From a virus (lineage: Duplodnaviria > Caudoviricetes), in IMG/VR virus record IMGVR_UViG_3300032040_000005, positions 1-64,000 of that record: a DNA stretch of 64,000 bases, one strand, 5' to 3'. The position numbers were made by a program, and so were the translations under genes. Each line of letters begins with the position of its first letter. The stretch's first letter is position 1. Under the pieces are notes generated by a model. That model did no database searches and had not been told where the DNA came from. It saw nothing but the letters and a program-made list of their open reading frames with translations. Positions 27,791 to 36,177 of the stretch are shown one piece after another.

Positions 27791-28491
27791 ACAGACTCTC
27801 CGGTTTCATTATCGTAAGTGATCTTTGCATGGGCTGCTTCTTGAGCCGTTAACTGCCCTGCCTGGATTTGTGTGCGTAGTTGTTCCGTTAATGCGGATGT
27901 AGCATCACGCAATGCAGAGATAGAACTGTCTTCATTCGTGGCTACTGATAACTCGACCTTCTGGCTCTCAGGCATCTTCAGGTGAGTCATTATGGAGTTG
28001 GCCGCATCACTCCGGACCTTTTCACTGTTCGCATGTTGCATTAGATCAACTTGAGTATTAATCGCCTTCTGGAAGTTATCCTGGTTCAGTATCCAACTGG
28101 GCACCAGCGACTGCTCCATGATGAGCGTGACCATCTTCGACTTGTTATACGCCGTTACATAGCTCGCCATATCCTTTGGCAATACCTTACGCACAGTCCA
28201 ATCAGCAATCTTATCGGGGAAGGTGACCGTAAACGCCGCCATGTTCGTCCTACCCATTAACTTCTGGCTAACGTACTTAACGGCATCAATGTAGTTGGTA
28301 AGCCTGAACTTACCGTCCTGCATCACGTGCGTATACGACATCAGGTTCTCTCGGTACACCTCATGCATATCTGGGTCATGCAACAACACGTTCATTTTAT
28401 CAATCAGTTCTTTGTTAACTGACTTCTTCAATCGTGCGGGAAGTGCTTCTTTAAATTGCTCAACCGATAACGCGCTCATACGCTTCCTCAA
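27787..28491 (-). CDS. terS: terminase small subunit (N4 gp69-like)
   Basis: 234 aa; YIDAVKYVS and SEKVRSDAANSIMTHLK motifs; upstream of terL. Confidence 0.85.
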   Translation of the reverse strand: MRKRMSALSVEQFKEALPARLKKSVNKELIDKMNVLLHDPDMHEVYRENLMSYTHVMQDGKFRLTNYIDAVKYVSQKLMGRTNMAAFTVTFPDKIADWTVRKVLPKDMASYVTAYNKSKMVTLIMEQSLVPSWILNQDNFQKAINTQVDLMQHANSEKVRSDAANSIMTHLKMPESQKVELSVATNEDSSISALRDATSALTEQLRTQIQAGQLTAQEAAHAKITYDNETGESV

Positions 28492-28543
28492 GTAGTAATA
28501 GAGTATCGGCTGACTATAGAGAAGTTATTTATTAAATGCTGAC

Positions 28544-28574
28544 AAAAAAGAACCCCGCATATAGCGAGGTCTTT
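28544..28574 (-). terminator. rho-independent terminator
   Basis: minus strand AAAGACCTCGC-TATAT-GCGGGGTTCTTTTTT after the DUF5675-like gene. Confidence 0.7.
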
Positions 28575-28592
28575 CAATACCGAACCAGTTAA

Positions 28593-29090
28593 TTAATAAG
28601 GTGCCATGTTGTACGGGCGAATATCCAACGTCCAACTGTTGTGTCGATCCATGAGTTCCATTACACGCTTGAACGCTTTACGTGAGTTCATCACCGATGG
28701 AACATACTCACCGGACCTATTCTGTGTAATCTTATAATCAAGACCCACACCGATACATCCTGCAAGATCACCCATCCAATTAGCGGGATGAACCATAATG
28801 AATGTTCGACCAGGCACGTCTGTTACTTCCCAACCTTCTGGGAACTCACCACCACTGGTTCGCTGTACTACAGGTGAATGTCGTTTAGTAAGTTCATACA
28901 CACCGTCTGGAATACACGAAACATAGGTTTCATTGTCTAACCAGGGTCTTTCAATGGTGTAGAACTTCTCGTAGGTAGGAAACTCCAATACACCAAAGGT
29001 TCCCCAGGGTGTAAATGCATTGCGGTCTAAACGTAGGTTGTTACTCATGACTCCCTCAATATTAAGAACAAAGAGAGTTATATATACCAA
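28593..29090 (-). CDS. DUF5675-like protein
   Basis: TFG...YTIERPW...SCIPDGVY...SP...VPGRTFIMVHPAN...GCIGVG motif pattern. Confidence 0.75.
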   Translation of the reverse strand: MVYITLFVLNIEGVMSNNLRLDRNAFTPWGTFGVLEFPTYEKFYTIERPWLDNETYVSCIPDGVYELTKRHSPVVQRTSGGEFPEGWEVTDVPGRTFIMVHPANWMGDLAGCIGVGLDYKITQNRSGEYVPSVMNSRKAFKRVMELMDRHNSWTLDIRPYNMAPY

Positions 29091-29099
29091 CCTAATAAC

Positions 29100-29260
29100 A
29101 GAAGTTCTTATTATTATTTTTCATAAGGTCAAAAATATAAAAATAATATTTTGAAACTTTTTACAGAAAAACATAATTGGGTATAGGTGTAGGACTGTCA
29201 GGTACGGAACTACTAAACCAAACCACCCCCCGTACCTACTACTCCTACACACTATGGACA
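29100..29260. other. probable genome terminus / terminal repeat region
   Basis: Strand switch between late (-) and early (+) genes; AT-rich IR 29112-29121/29139-29148; nested IRs GTGTAGGA/TCCTACAC (29187/29243) and GGTACGG/CCGTACC (29201/29230). Confidence 0.55.
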
Positions 29261-29268
29261 CCACCCAC

Positions 29269-29292
29269 CGCTGTCGCGAGACCAGTGGATAT
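29269..29292 (+). promoter_or_regulatory. conserved hairpin motif copy 1 (candidate early promoter)
   Basis: CGC-TGTC-GCG-AGAC-CAGT-GGATAT upstream of the first early gene. Confidence 0.6.
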
Positions 29293-29320
29293 ATCCCTAT
29301 TACTACCGGAGTACATCACC

Positions 29321-29509
29321 ATGTTCAAAGCAATGGCCCAGCTATGGTCAGCACTCGCAGTCCTCTTCGGTGCAGTGGAGCGCTTAGCCTCCGCAACAGA
29401 TCACCTCGCAGCATACGCAGAGGAATCAGCAGAAGGTTGGACCACAACCGCCAGAGTCGAACGACGCAAAGCCTTAGCTATCCTCGAAGCAGAGGATGCA
29501 CCAGCCTAA
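29321..29509 (+). CDS. first early protein (62 aa)
   Basis: MFKAMAQLWSAL...; GGAG RBS; followed by a terminator hairpin. Confidence 0.75.
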   Translation: MFKAMAQLWSALAVLFGAVERLASATDHLAAYAEESAEGWTTTARVERRKALAILEAEDAPA

Positions 29510-29514
29510 CTACC

Positions 29515-29548
29515 AGCCTACTCCTAACGGAGTGGGCTTAGTTCTTCT
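29515..29548 (+). terminator. terminator-like hairpin
   Basis: AGCCTACTCC-TAAC-GGAGTGGGCT followed by T-rich tail. Confidence 0.6.
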
Positions 29549-29562
29549 ACACAAGTAAACCT

Positions 29563-29711
29563 CTACACACTACACACACTACCTAGAGTCAGTGAGGGTG
29601 TGGGAGAGATAGATAACCTAGTAAAGAGTCAGTGTACTTAGTTCAACTAAGACACAGTAAATGCAGATACGCTCCGCGTATGATTGTGAACTCTGAATAG
29701 TACACACACTA
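29563..29711. repeat. TACACAC(AC)TA short direct repeats
   Basis: Copies at 29563, 29571 and 29701 (another at 29245); GAGTCAGTG also occurs twice in this gap. Confidence 0.6.
29667..29690 (+). promoter_or_regulatory. N4-type vRNAP triloop hairpin promoter
   Basis: ATACGC-TCC-GCGTAT, i.e. template strand C-GGA-G triloop with 6-bp stem as in N4 promoter P2; then GATTGTGA. Confidence 0.7.
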
Positions 29712-29721
29712 GGAGCTACCT

Positions 29722-29943
29722 ATGTCAGCACCACTGAAACTATGGATACCTACACGTATCAACATGTATGAAGAGTTCCCTGCACTGCATACTTACTTAA
29801 CAACAGCTAAGAACGATAGTTATATAGGTGAGGATAGTGAGGGAGATCTTAGTAGATGTAGTTCTAAATCTAATTTAGTTGGTTTAGTTTCTAAATCCGA
29901 TACACCATCAACATCAAATGTCATTCCGATATTCAACCGATAG
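29722..29943 (+). CDS. early hypothetical protein
   Basis: 73 aa, AGGAG RBS. Confidence 0.6.
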   Translation: MSAPLKLWIPTRINMYEEFPALHTYLTTAKNDSYIGEDSEGDLSRCSSKSNLVGLVSKSDTPSTSNVIPIFNR

Positions 29944-30019
29944 GCTAACCACATGATCAACCAACTTAAACTAACCAGTTGATGGTGAACTCGACAAAGA
30001 TAAAGAGTTACAAGTATCA

Positions 30020-30286
30020 ATGGAGAAGTTAAGCAGTGAATATGTTGTTTACCTAACAGTAGCTCAGACCACTCAACTGCGTAATCACCTAACAACTATA
30101 TTGGAGTTACCTAAACCAATGTACCGTTACACGATTAAGTCTTTCTCTGGTGATGCTTTCACTGTAATCAGTTCAGGTACTGTTGATAAAGCCGGACTGG
30201 AATTGTTGCGTGTATCTACACCTGCTGGCTGTTCATTCTCTTATGGGTTAATACCTGTATGCAACGATGATCATTGCAAATACTAA
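30020..30286 (+). CDS. early hypothetical protein
   Basis: 88-aa ORF in the early cluster. Confidence 0.55.
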   Translation: MEKLSSEYVVYLTVAQTTQLRNHLTTILELPKPMYRYTIKSFSGDAFTVISSGTVDKAGLELLRVSTPAGCSFSYGLIPVCNDDHCKY

Positions 30287-30287
30287 T

Positions 30288-30313
30288 GGCTGTCGCCAAA
30301 GCAATAGAAGATA
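30288..30313 (+). promoter_or_regulatory. conserved hairpin motif copy 2
   Basis: GGC-TGTC-GCC-AAAG-CAAT-AGAAGATA, intergenic. Confidence 0.6.
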
Positions 30314-30346
30314 GGCACTACTGCCTGTTGTCACGGAGTATTCGTT

Positions 30347-30511
30347 ATGTGTAAATTCCATGTTTGGCCTTGTGACACTACGTGTGCAGATGAAGATCTT
30401 GAAGATATGTTGAGTTTCATGTCTGATGACTACTTAACTTACACAGACTGTGGTGATGGCTCTGACCATGAACACACCTACAACGAGGTTGCTACTCTTC
30501 TGAGTCTGTAA
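30347..30511 (+). CDS. small acidic early protein (54 aa, not in ORF track)
   Basis: MCKFHVWPCDTTCADEDL...; GGAG RBS. Confidence 0.6.
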   Translation: MCKFHVWPCDTTCADEDLEDMLSFMSDDYLTYTDCGDGSDHEHTYNEVATLLSL

Positions 30512-30568
30512 CACCTGCCATTCGTAAGTAACGCAATCCTGTGGTACTGCTACTCTGGAGTAGTTGTT

Positions 30569-30691
30569 ATGTTCCACATCACTGAATCTGAAGCTCGTGG
30601 TTTGTTATCACGCCACGGCTATCACGTCGCACATAAGCAGCCTATTCGTGCTGCTGTGTGTAAGTACATACTCAAACATTCTTACTCTTAG
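30569..30691 (+). CDS. small early protein (40 aa, not in ORF track)
   Basis: MFHITESEARGLL...; GGAG RBS. Confidence 0.45.
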   Translation: MFHITESEARGLLSRHGYHVAHKQPIRAAVCKYILKHSYS

Positions 30692-30701
30692 GAAGATAGT
30701 T

Positions 30702-31049
30702 ATGACCATTACATTAGCAACACTCGCACAGGCCACACCTCAACAAGTATTTAACCAAGTGCGTGATCACTTGTTGAAGCAGGCAAAGAAATCCAAGTAT
30801 GGGGATGTGTGTTTGTACCACATTGAGACAGGTGCGAAGTGTGCTGCTGGTTGCCTTATATCAAATGAAGAGTATATGCCATGGTATGAGCGTAACTCAT
30901 GGTCTTCGATGGTACATGACTTTGATGAGGTTCCAAACGCTCATTACGAGCTAATCGTTAGCCTTCAGAATGTGCACGATGACGGTTTACCAGAACATTG
31001 GGAAGGCCAACTTAAACACATTGCTACCTCGTTCCTGCTAACTTTCTAA
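30702..31049 (+). CDS. conserved phage early protein
   Basis: 115 aa from MTITLA; QVFNQVRDHLLKQ...CLY...KCAAGCLI...LQNVHD. Confidence 0.7.
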   Translation: MTITLATLAQATPQQVFNQVRDHLLKQAKKSKYGDVCLYHIETGAKCAAGCLISNEEYMPWYERNSWSSMVHDFDEVPNAHYELIVSLQNVHDDGLPEHWEGQLKHIATSFLLTF

Positions 31050-31072
31050 TACCCTTCTTAGTTAGTCAACTC

Positions 31073-31096
31073 GGCTGTCGCCACACCAATGAAATA
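31073..31096 (+). promoter_or_regulatory. conserved hairpin motif copy 3
   Basis: GGC-TGTC-GCC-ACAC-CAAT-GAAATA, intergenic. Confidence 0.6.
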
Positions 31097-31128
31097 CACA
31101 CCAGCATTCTTATGATTGGGAGTTTGTC

Positions 31129-31317
31129 ATGCCTGTAACAAATGCAATACCCGTAGAGTTATTCGCATATGCAGTTACAAAAGAACTGCCTGATGGCACC
31201 ACAGAGTTACTTGAGTGTGGCCAAGCTGGGCAAGAACACATGAACAAATTATTCCTAAAGCCTCACGTCACTATAACCGTAAGCTACTCAGGATGGGATA
31301 CACCATGCGTACTTTAA
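31129..31317 (+). CDS. early hypothetical protein
   Basis: 62 aa, GGAG RBS. Confidence 0.55.
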   Translation: MPVTNAIPVELFAYAVTKELPDGTTELLECGQAGQEHMNKLFLKPHVTITVSYSGWDTPCVL

Positions 31318-31472
31318 AACCTTTAGAAGACCGCTTTCATGTCACTGTCTACGATGACAGTGGTGCAGTTATTAACTTTGAGAATTTGACTTGGGATGAG
31401 TACAACGAGTTCCAGCTCAATCACATGGATGATGATCTCGATTTCGCCATCAATGTAGGGGCCTACCGATGA
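31305..31472 (+). CDS. early hypothetical protein
   Basis: 55 aa from MRTLKP, overlaps its neighbours. Confidence 0.5.
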   Translation: MRTLKPLEDRFHVTVYDDSGAVINFENLTWDEYNEFQLNHMDDDLDFAINVGAYR

Positions 31473-31606
31473 ACCTAGCAAATATTATCTTCACGTTTTG
31501 TTTGTTAACCGTGTTCACGGTGATTGCTATTCACGTTGACAAAAGCGTCAAGAAGAAACGCAAAGTGTCATATCGAGGCAACCGCTCAAGAATTACGTGG
31601 CTTTAA
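31469..31606 (+). CDS. small membrane-anchored protein (45 aa)
   Basis: Hydrophobic N-terminus, basic tail; ATGA coupling. Confidence 0.5.
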   Translation: MNLANIIFTFCLLTVFTVIAIHVDKSVKKKRKVSYRGNRSRITWL

Positions 31607-31677
31607 CAAGACTTTACAAACATTAACTTCCTGTTATGCTGTGCCCTCTTTATAGGGCATGTATAAGGAGAATATAC

Positions 31678-31815
31678 ATGCAACTCACTGTTCTTAATTA
31701 TATATGTCCTGCGTGTGGTTACACGTGGGAAGACAGTTTTACCGATTGTTCCGTCATGCCTTTGTGTGCTTGTCCATCCTGTGAGCAACCCGTGCATGGT
31801 TGTATCCATAATTAA
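31678..31815 (+). CDS. small zinc-ribbon protein (45 aa, not in ORF track)
   Basis: CPACG...CPSCE; AAGGAG RBS. Confidence 0.6.
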   Translation: MQLTVLNYICPACGYTWEDSFTDCSVMPLCACPSCEQPVHGCIHN

Positions 31816-31855
31816 GCATCCGCTGTTAACCAAATAGACAGATAAGGATGACAGC

Positions 31856-31879
31856 GGCTGTCGCCAGAACAATGAAATA
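31856..31879 (+). promoter_or_regulatory. conserved hairpin motif copy 4
   Basis: GGC-TGTC-GCC-AGAA-CAAT-GAAATA upstream of the gp2-like gene. Confidence 0.6.
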
Positions 31880-31935
31880 AGGGCATGGCGCTGTTGTCGT
31901 GTCCTCACAGAATATCTACTTATTGGAGAATTACC

Positions 31936-32238
31936 ATGGCTTTTCAAACCACAGCAGTTAACCAAAATACCTCTGCAAAGGTCGTTGGTCAGAACGAGAA
32001 CTGGAAGTCCGATGCCTTCCTGAATGTGTACATCCCAACCCGTCAAGGTGGGCGTCGTAAGTTGGGAACAATCGGTCTTAAAGTCTCCAAGCCCATGGAG
32101 AAACAGCTTCTGGATTTCATCAACGAGCACGGTGACGTAGCCCTTGCACAACTGAAAGATCGCATCGAGCTGGACTTCCAGCGTGCCGATGGCGACAACG
32201 GTGATGAGCTGGCATTGGGTATCGACGCTACCGCTTAA
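31936..32238 (+). CDS. ssDNA-binding RNAP II activator (N4 gp2-like)
   Basis: 100 aa; NWKSDAFLNVYIPTRQGGRRKLG pattern resembles N4 gp2. Confidence 0.75.
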   Translation: MAFQTTAVNQNTSAKVVGQNENWKSDAFLNVYIPTRQGGRRKLGTIGLKVSKPMEKQLLDFINEHGDVALAQLKDRIELDFQRADGDNGDELALGIDATA

Positions 32239-32259
32239 ACTGGTAAAACACTCGTTAAC

Positions 32260-32288
32260 AAAAGGCTGCCCGAAGGCAGCCTTTTTTT
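32260..32288 (+). terminator. rho-independent terminator
   Basis: AAAAGGCTGCC-CGAA-GGCAGCCTTTTTTT. Confidence 0.9.
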
Positions 32289-32310
32289 GTTTCTATTCTC
32301 GGAGATTGCC

Positions 32311-32496
32311 ATGAATAAGTACCCTTTGATTAAGCTGCTGTCTGATTCCTTTGGCGGGTTCCAGTCCGCTAACAAGTCGAAGAAGAAACGCCTGACCAAT
32401 TATGAGAAGCAGGTGGCGGAGCAGTCCATTCTGCGAGCGAAGGACAAGCGTGCAGCACGTAATGCCAAGCGTGCACGCACTCAAGGGGAGTCCTGA
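32311..32496 (+). CDS. small basic protein
   Basis: 61 aa from MNKYP, GGAG RBS. Confidence 0.6.
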   Translation: MNKYPLIKLLSDSFGGFQSANKSKKKRLTNYEKQVAEQSILRAKDKRAARNAKRARTQGES

Positions 32497-32861
32497 TGAA
32501 AGAACTTAAAGTAATCGTAGCCGGTGGTCGTGAGTTCAACGACTACGACAGACTCAGTGCTGACCTGTTCAATTACGCAGAGTCCCTTGGTGATGAAGTA
32601 GGCATGTCCATTGTAACGGGTATGGCTCGTGGAGCTGATGCATTGGCGTACAGGTTTACACTGAATGAAAGCGTCAAAGTCTACGAGTTTAAGCCTGACT
32701 GGGATGGTCTGGGTAAGCGTGCAGGCTTTGTGCGTAACGCTGAAATGGCTGAGTTCGCAGATAGGCTGATCGCGTATTGGGACGGTGAATCACGTGGCAC
32801 AGCCCACATGATCCAGACCATGCAGAAAATGGGTAAACCCGTCACAGTCATCAGTTACTAA
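32496..32861 (+). CDS. SLOG/YspA-like (DUF2493) protein
   Basis: VIVAGGREF...TGMARGAD...AGFVRNAEM...WDGESRGT motifs. Confidence 0.85.
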   Translation: MKELKVIVAGGREFNDYDRLSADLFNYAESLGDEVGMSIVTGMARGADALAYRFTLNESVKVYEFKPDWDGLGKRAGFVRNAEMAEFADRLIAYWDGESRGTAHMIQTMQKMGKPVTVISY

Positions 32862-32870
32862 GGATTAGAT

Positions 32871-33110
32871 ATGAACGCTATGCAGATTGCAAATGCTCAA
32901 AAGCCTCGCACAATTGGTGAGCTGCAAGCTTACCTAACTAAACTGGAAAAAGCATGGTCCGAACAAGACAGTAAATTTCTCGGCAAGTTCACTGACCAAT
33001 CCCTTTACATGTCTATATTAGGTAAGGGTATAGCCCACGCGGAGTTCAGTTACCACCCAGAGTTTGGACTGATTGTCTTCCCTAATGTAACTATCCATCC
33101 TGATTTGTAG
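32871..33110 (+). CDS. hypothetical protein
   Basis: 79-aa ORF in operon. Confidence 0.6.
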   Translation: MNAMQIANAQKPRTIGELQAYLTKLEKAWSEQDSKFLGKFTDQSLYMSILGKGIAHAEFSYHPEFGLIVFPNVTIHPDL

Positions 33111-33130
33111 AGTTAACAAGGAGTTGATCT

Positions 33131-33331
33131 ATGGGTTTTAGAGAATGTATACGCGCTGATATTGATGCGTTCTACGAGAACGGTATAGGTTCGCTGGACG
33201 GTTTCCGCATATACATTTCAGACCCTTGTGCATGGCCTTATGTGAAGCATCCACGAAAGCCTACGCGGAAATACTTGCTACGCAAGAAAGCCAAAGCCCA
33301 GCGGGTTGCCAAACGCATCAACAGGGACTGA
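33131..33331 (+). CDS. hypothetical protein
   Basis: 66 aa, AGGAG RBS. Confidence 0.55.
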   Translation: MGFRECIRADIDAFYENGIGSLDGFRIYISDPCAWPYVKHPRKPTRKYLLRKKAKAQRVAKRINRD

Positions 33332-33334
33332 ATA

Positions 33335-34252
33335 ATGACAAAGCTCATGCTTCCACGGGACATCCAGCTTACGAATGAGTACATGTATTCGCGTAAGTTC
33401 ATCGACGGTTACATTGACCAAGAGATCCGTGAGAATCCCGAGGTGGAAGCCAAGGTCATGCAGGGCGTAGTCCTGCTGACCGACTGGCTGGCCAAGGATC
33501 ACGGTTACCCATCCAAAAACAACCGCCTTACACAGCTCGCAGACATAGAGATTGAGCCATTGGTTAGGTCTCTGTTCGTGGGTGTGGCTTACTGCCAGAC
33601 TTCTGAGCTGTTCACCAGTGTCTCAGCTCAACTGGCCAGCCGACTGAAGTTCGATGATAAGGCAGACAGCATCCTGACCGCCGCTGAGATGCTGGCTGTG
33701 CTGTGCGAGACCGATGCCTTCGACATTGTGAAAGCCAACCCCAGCGCTTCTCTTGTAATCCTCTCGCGCATCCCTATCAGTCAGCAACTTGTGCGGTATG
33801 TGGAGCAATCAGGCTACCTGCCACCCATGATGTGCGAGCCAGAAGAACTGGTGAACAACTATGACAGTGGTTACCTCACCCACAACGATTCACTGGTGCT
33901 TGGACGTGGTAATGGTCATGCAGGTGATCTCTGTCTGGATGTACTGAACAAGCGTAACAAGGTGCCTATGAGGCTCTGTACGGAGTTCTTATCTAAGGTC
34001 GAGGAAACGCCCACCTTTGAGCTGGATACTGCGGAGAAAGTACAGCAGTGGGCACAGCACAAGACTGAGAGCTACCAGAGGTATTTATTGGTAGCGAACC
34101 AGGGTAATAGGTTCTGGTTGACCAACAAGGTAGATATGCGTGGACGCCTGTACACACAGGGGTATCACATCAATGTGCAGTCAACAGCTTTTAAAAAGGC
34201 AATGATTGAATTTGCTGATGAAGAGCTGGTTGAAGGAGTTCCGCAGCAATGA
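33335..34252 (+). CDS. RNA polymerase II subunit 1 (N4 gp15-like)
   Basis: 305 aa; LPPMMCEP and KVDMRGRLYTQGYHIN (T7-like DxRGRxY). Confidence 0.93.
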   Translation: MTKLMLPRDIQLTNEYMYSRKFIDGYIDQEIRENPEVEAKVMQGVVLLTDWLAKDHGYPSKNNRLTQLADIEIEPLVRSLFVGVAYCQTSELFTSVSAQLASRLKFDDKADSILTAAEMLAVLCETDAFDIVKANPSASLVILSRIPISQQLVRYVEQSGYLPPMMCEPEELVNNYDSGYLTHNDSLVLGRGNGHAGDLCLDVLNKRNKVPMRLCTEFLSKVEETPTFELDTAEKVQQWAQHKTESYQRYLLVANQGNRFWLTNKVDMRGRLYTQGYHINVQSTAFKKAMIEFADEELVEGVPQQ

Positions 34253-34782
34253 GTAAAAAGAACGCTGACAAAGTGAAAGAGAACGCACGTAAATATGGGC
34301 TTACCTATGGCAAGCCTGTCCATGATGTTGCTATTAACCAAGCATTACGGCCTGACCTGTACATATGCGATGACATACTATACGACCGCGAGATAGCCTT
34401 TAAGCGTTTGGCTGATGCAATGGAACCTTACTTTTTACGTGAACTGGAGCGTTCTGTGGACCCTGTAAGGAATACGGCTGAAGCCCCAGAAACCATGAAT
34501 CTCTATCACTGGTCTTCTACCGTGCTGGAAAACTGGAGCAAAGGCGGCATCATCGTAATGGCTGAGAACGTGGAACAGGCACGCGATAAAGTCTACGCAC
34601 AGTTCAAGCCGCTTGAAGACGGTAACCCATTTGAAGATTTCACCTTGCAAATCATGCACGTTCAGGACGATGGGGACTACCAGACCGAGTACACGGACAA
34701 ACTCAACGAGCTTCGTAAAGACCTCAACCAAGAACCCGCCGTCATAGAAAGCGGTGTGGTTCTGATACGCGGATCTGATTAA
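34249..34782 (+). CDS. hypothetical protein between RNAP II subunits
   Basis: 177 aa, overlaps the RNAP1 stop. Confidence 0.65.
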   Translation: MSKKNADKVKENARKYGLTYGKPVHDVAINQALRPDLYICDDILYDREIAFKRLADAMEPYFLRELERSVDPVRNTAEAPETMNLYHWSSTVLENWSKGGIIVMAENVEQARDKVYAQFKPLEDGNPFEDFTLQIMHVQDDGDYQTEYTDKLNELRKDLNQEPAVIESGVVLIRGSD

Positions 34783-34847
34783 CACTAAACACAACCAGCG
34801 TTCTGTTGGTTGTGTACCTAACACCTTCCCAAATTGGAGCAATACTT

Positions 34848-36101
34848 ATGCAGTTGTTCACTGGATGGCAGTACCTGTTAATTGATGCAGCGAATAATTA
34901 CGGCCTGGATAAGAAAGAGTTCGACACCCGTATTGCGTGGGCTGAAGAGAATCTGGATCAACTGGAGGTGTTAGGTGAAGACGCAGGCAAATGGAAAGAA
35001 TACCCATTGTTCGTCAAAGCCGTCATGGCCATACGCAAAGCACAAGCTGGTCTGCCTACTGGTCATCGGGCCGGTGCTGACGCGACTGCTTCAGGTATGC
35101 AGATTATGTCTGCACTCACTGGTTGTCATCCCGGCGCATGGGCTACAAATCTGGTCGATCCTAATAAGCGAGTGGATGCGTACACGGAATGCACAAAGCT
35201 GATGCAGAAATGCATACCAACACTGCCTGATACGGCCCGAGCTGACATCAAGGATGCCGCGATGACTGTGTTATATGGTTCAAAGAAGCGACCTAAAGAG
35301 ATATTCGGTGAAGACTCGGAAGAGCTGAACGTCTTCCATAAGTCCATGGGTATCCTCTGCCCAGGTGCTGTGAAGTTACTGGGTGAACTGCGTAACGCGT
35401 GGATACCCTTCGCAAAGTTCCATACCTCTACATTGCCTGATGGCTTTGTAGCCCGCATGAAAGTCATGGAAGAGGTGAAATCCAGACTGGAAGTGGATGA
35501 ACTGGATCATGCCACTTTTACCTACATCTACTACGTAAACGAAGGCAAAGAGAAGGGATTATCGCTCATTGCGAACACCGTCCACGGCGTCGATGCGTAC
35601 ATCCTTCGGTGTGTGGATCGCCGATGCAACTATGATCCAGAGCTTATCAACTGGGCATACAGTTACATCGAGATGCTACTTGAAGAACGTGCCGTGGGTA
35701 TGCACGAGCCAGTGGATAACACCTTCCTGAATCCAGATTTCAATCGGTTGATGGAGCGTTACGAAGCATCGCAAATGCCTGACATACGTATCCTCAACTA
35801 CGCGCAAGAGTATGAGATGCGTGCAATGTCTACGACTCACCTGAAGCAACTCGCTTCCATGTGTTCAATGATGCTTGAACATAAACCTTTCCCTGTCCTG
35901 ACAATCCACGATGATTTCAGTGCCTCAGCAAACAACATGAACTGGGTGCGACTGCACTACAGAGAGATACTGGCTCAGATTGCAGAGTCTACGATGCTGG
36001 ATGATATATTCACGCAACTGTTAGGTGTCAAAGGTAAGTACCAGAAAGAGTCCTACAACCTCGCAGACAAGATTAGAAAGTCCAACTACGCACTTTCTTA
36101 A
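34848..36101 (+). CDS. RNA polymerase II subunit 2 (N4 gp16-like)
   Basis: From MQLFTGWQYLLID; motifs A DATASGMQI, B RADIKDAAMTVLYG, C IHDDF. Confidence 0.94.
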   Translation: MQLFTGWQYLLIDAANNYGLDKKEFDTRIAWAEENLDQLEVLGEDAGKWKEYPLFVKAVMAIRKAQAGLPTGHRAGADATASGMQIMSALTGCHPGAWATNLVDPNKRVDAYTECTKLMQKCIPTLPDTARADIKDAAMTVLYGSKKRPKEIFGEDSEELNVFHKSMGILCPGAVKLLGELRNAWIPFAKFHTSTLPDGFVARMKVMEEVKSRLEVDELDHATFTYIYYVNEGKEKGLSLIANTVHGVDAYILRCVDRRCNYDPELINWAYSYIEMLLEERAVGMHEPVDNTFLNPDFNRLMERYEASQMPDIRILNYAQEYEMRAMSTTHLKQLASMCSMMLEHKPFPVLTIHDDFSASANNMNWVRLHYREILAQIAESTMLDDIFTQLLGVKGKYQKESYNLADKIRKSNYALS

Positions 36102-36104
36102 CAG

Positions 36105-36128
36105 CCGAACTCCGTTCGGTTTTGTGAC
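36105..36128 (+). promoter_or_regulatory. second N4-type triloop hairpin (promoter and/or terminator)
   Basis: CCGAAC-TCC-GTTCGG then TTTTGTGA; same loop and same spacing to TGTGA as 29667. Confidence 0.6.
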
Positions 36129-36139
36129 TGTGAAACTTT

Positions 36140-36177
36140 GAGATCATTCCTTCGGGAGTGGTCTCTTATTTTTATTT
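36140..36177 (+). terminator. rho-independent terminator
   Basis: GAGATCATTCC-TTCG-GGAGTGGTCTC-TTATTTTT. Confidence 0.85.

Noticed and set aside
34789-34815. Hairpin ACACAACCAGC-GTTCT-GTTGGTTGTGT before RNAP2 as terminator or promoter
   Set aside because: No T tail and no match to either promoter loop; at most a processing or stabilising stem.
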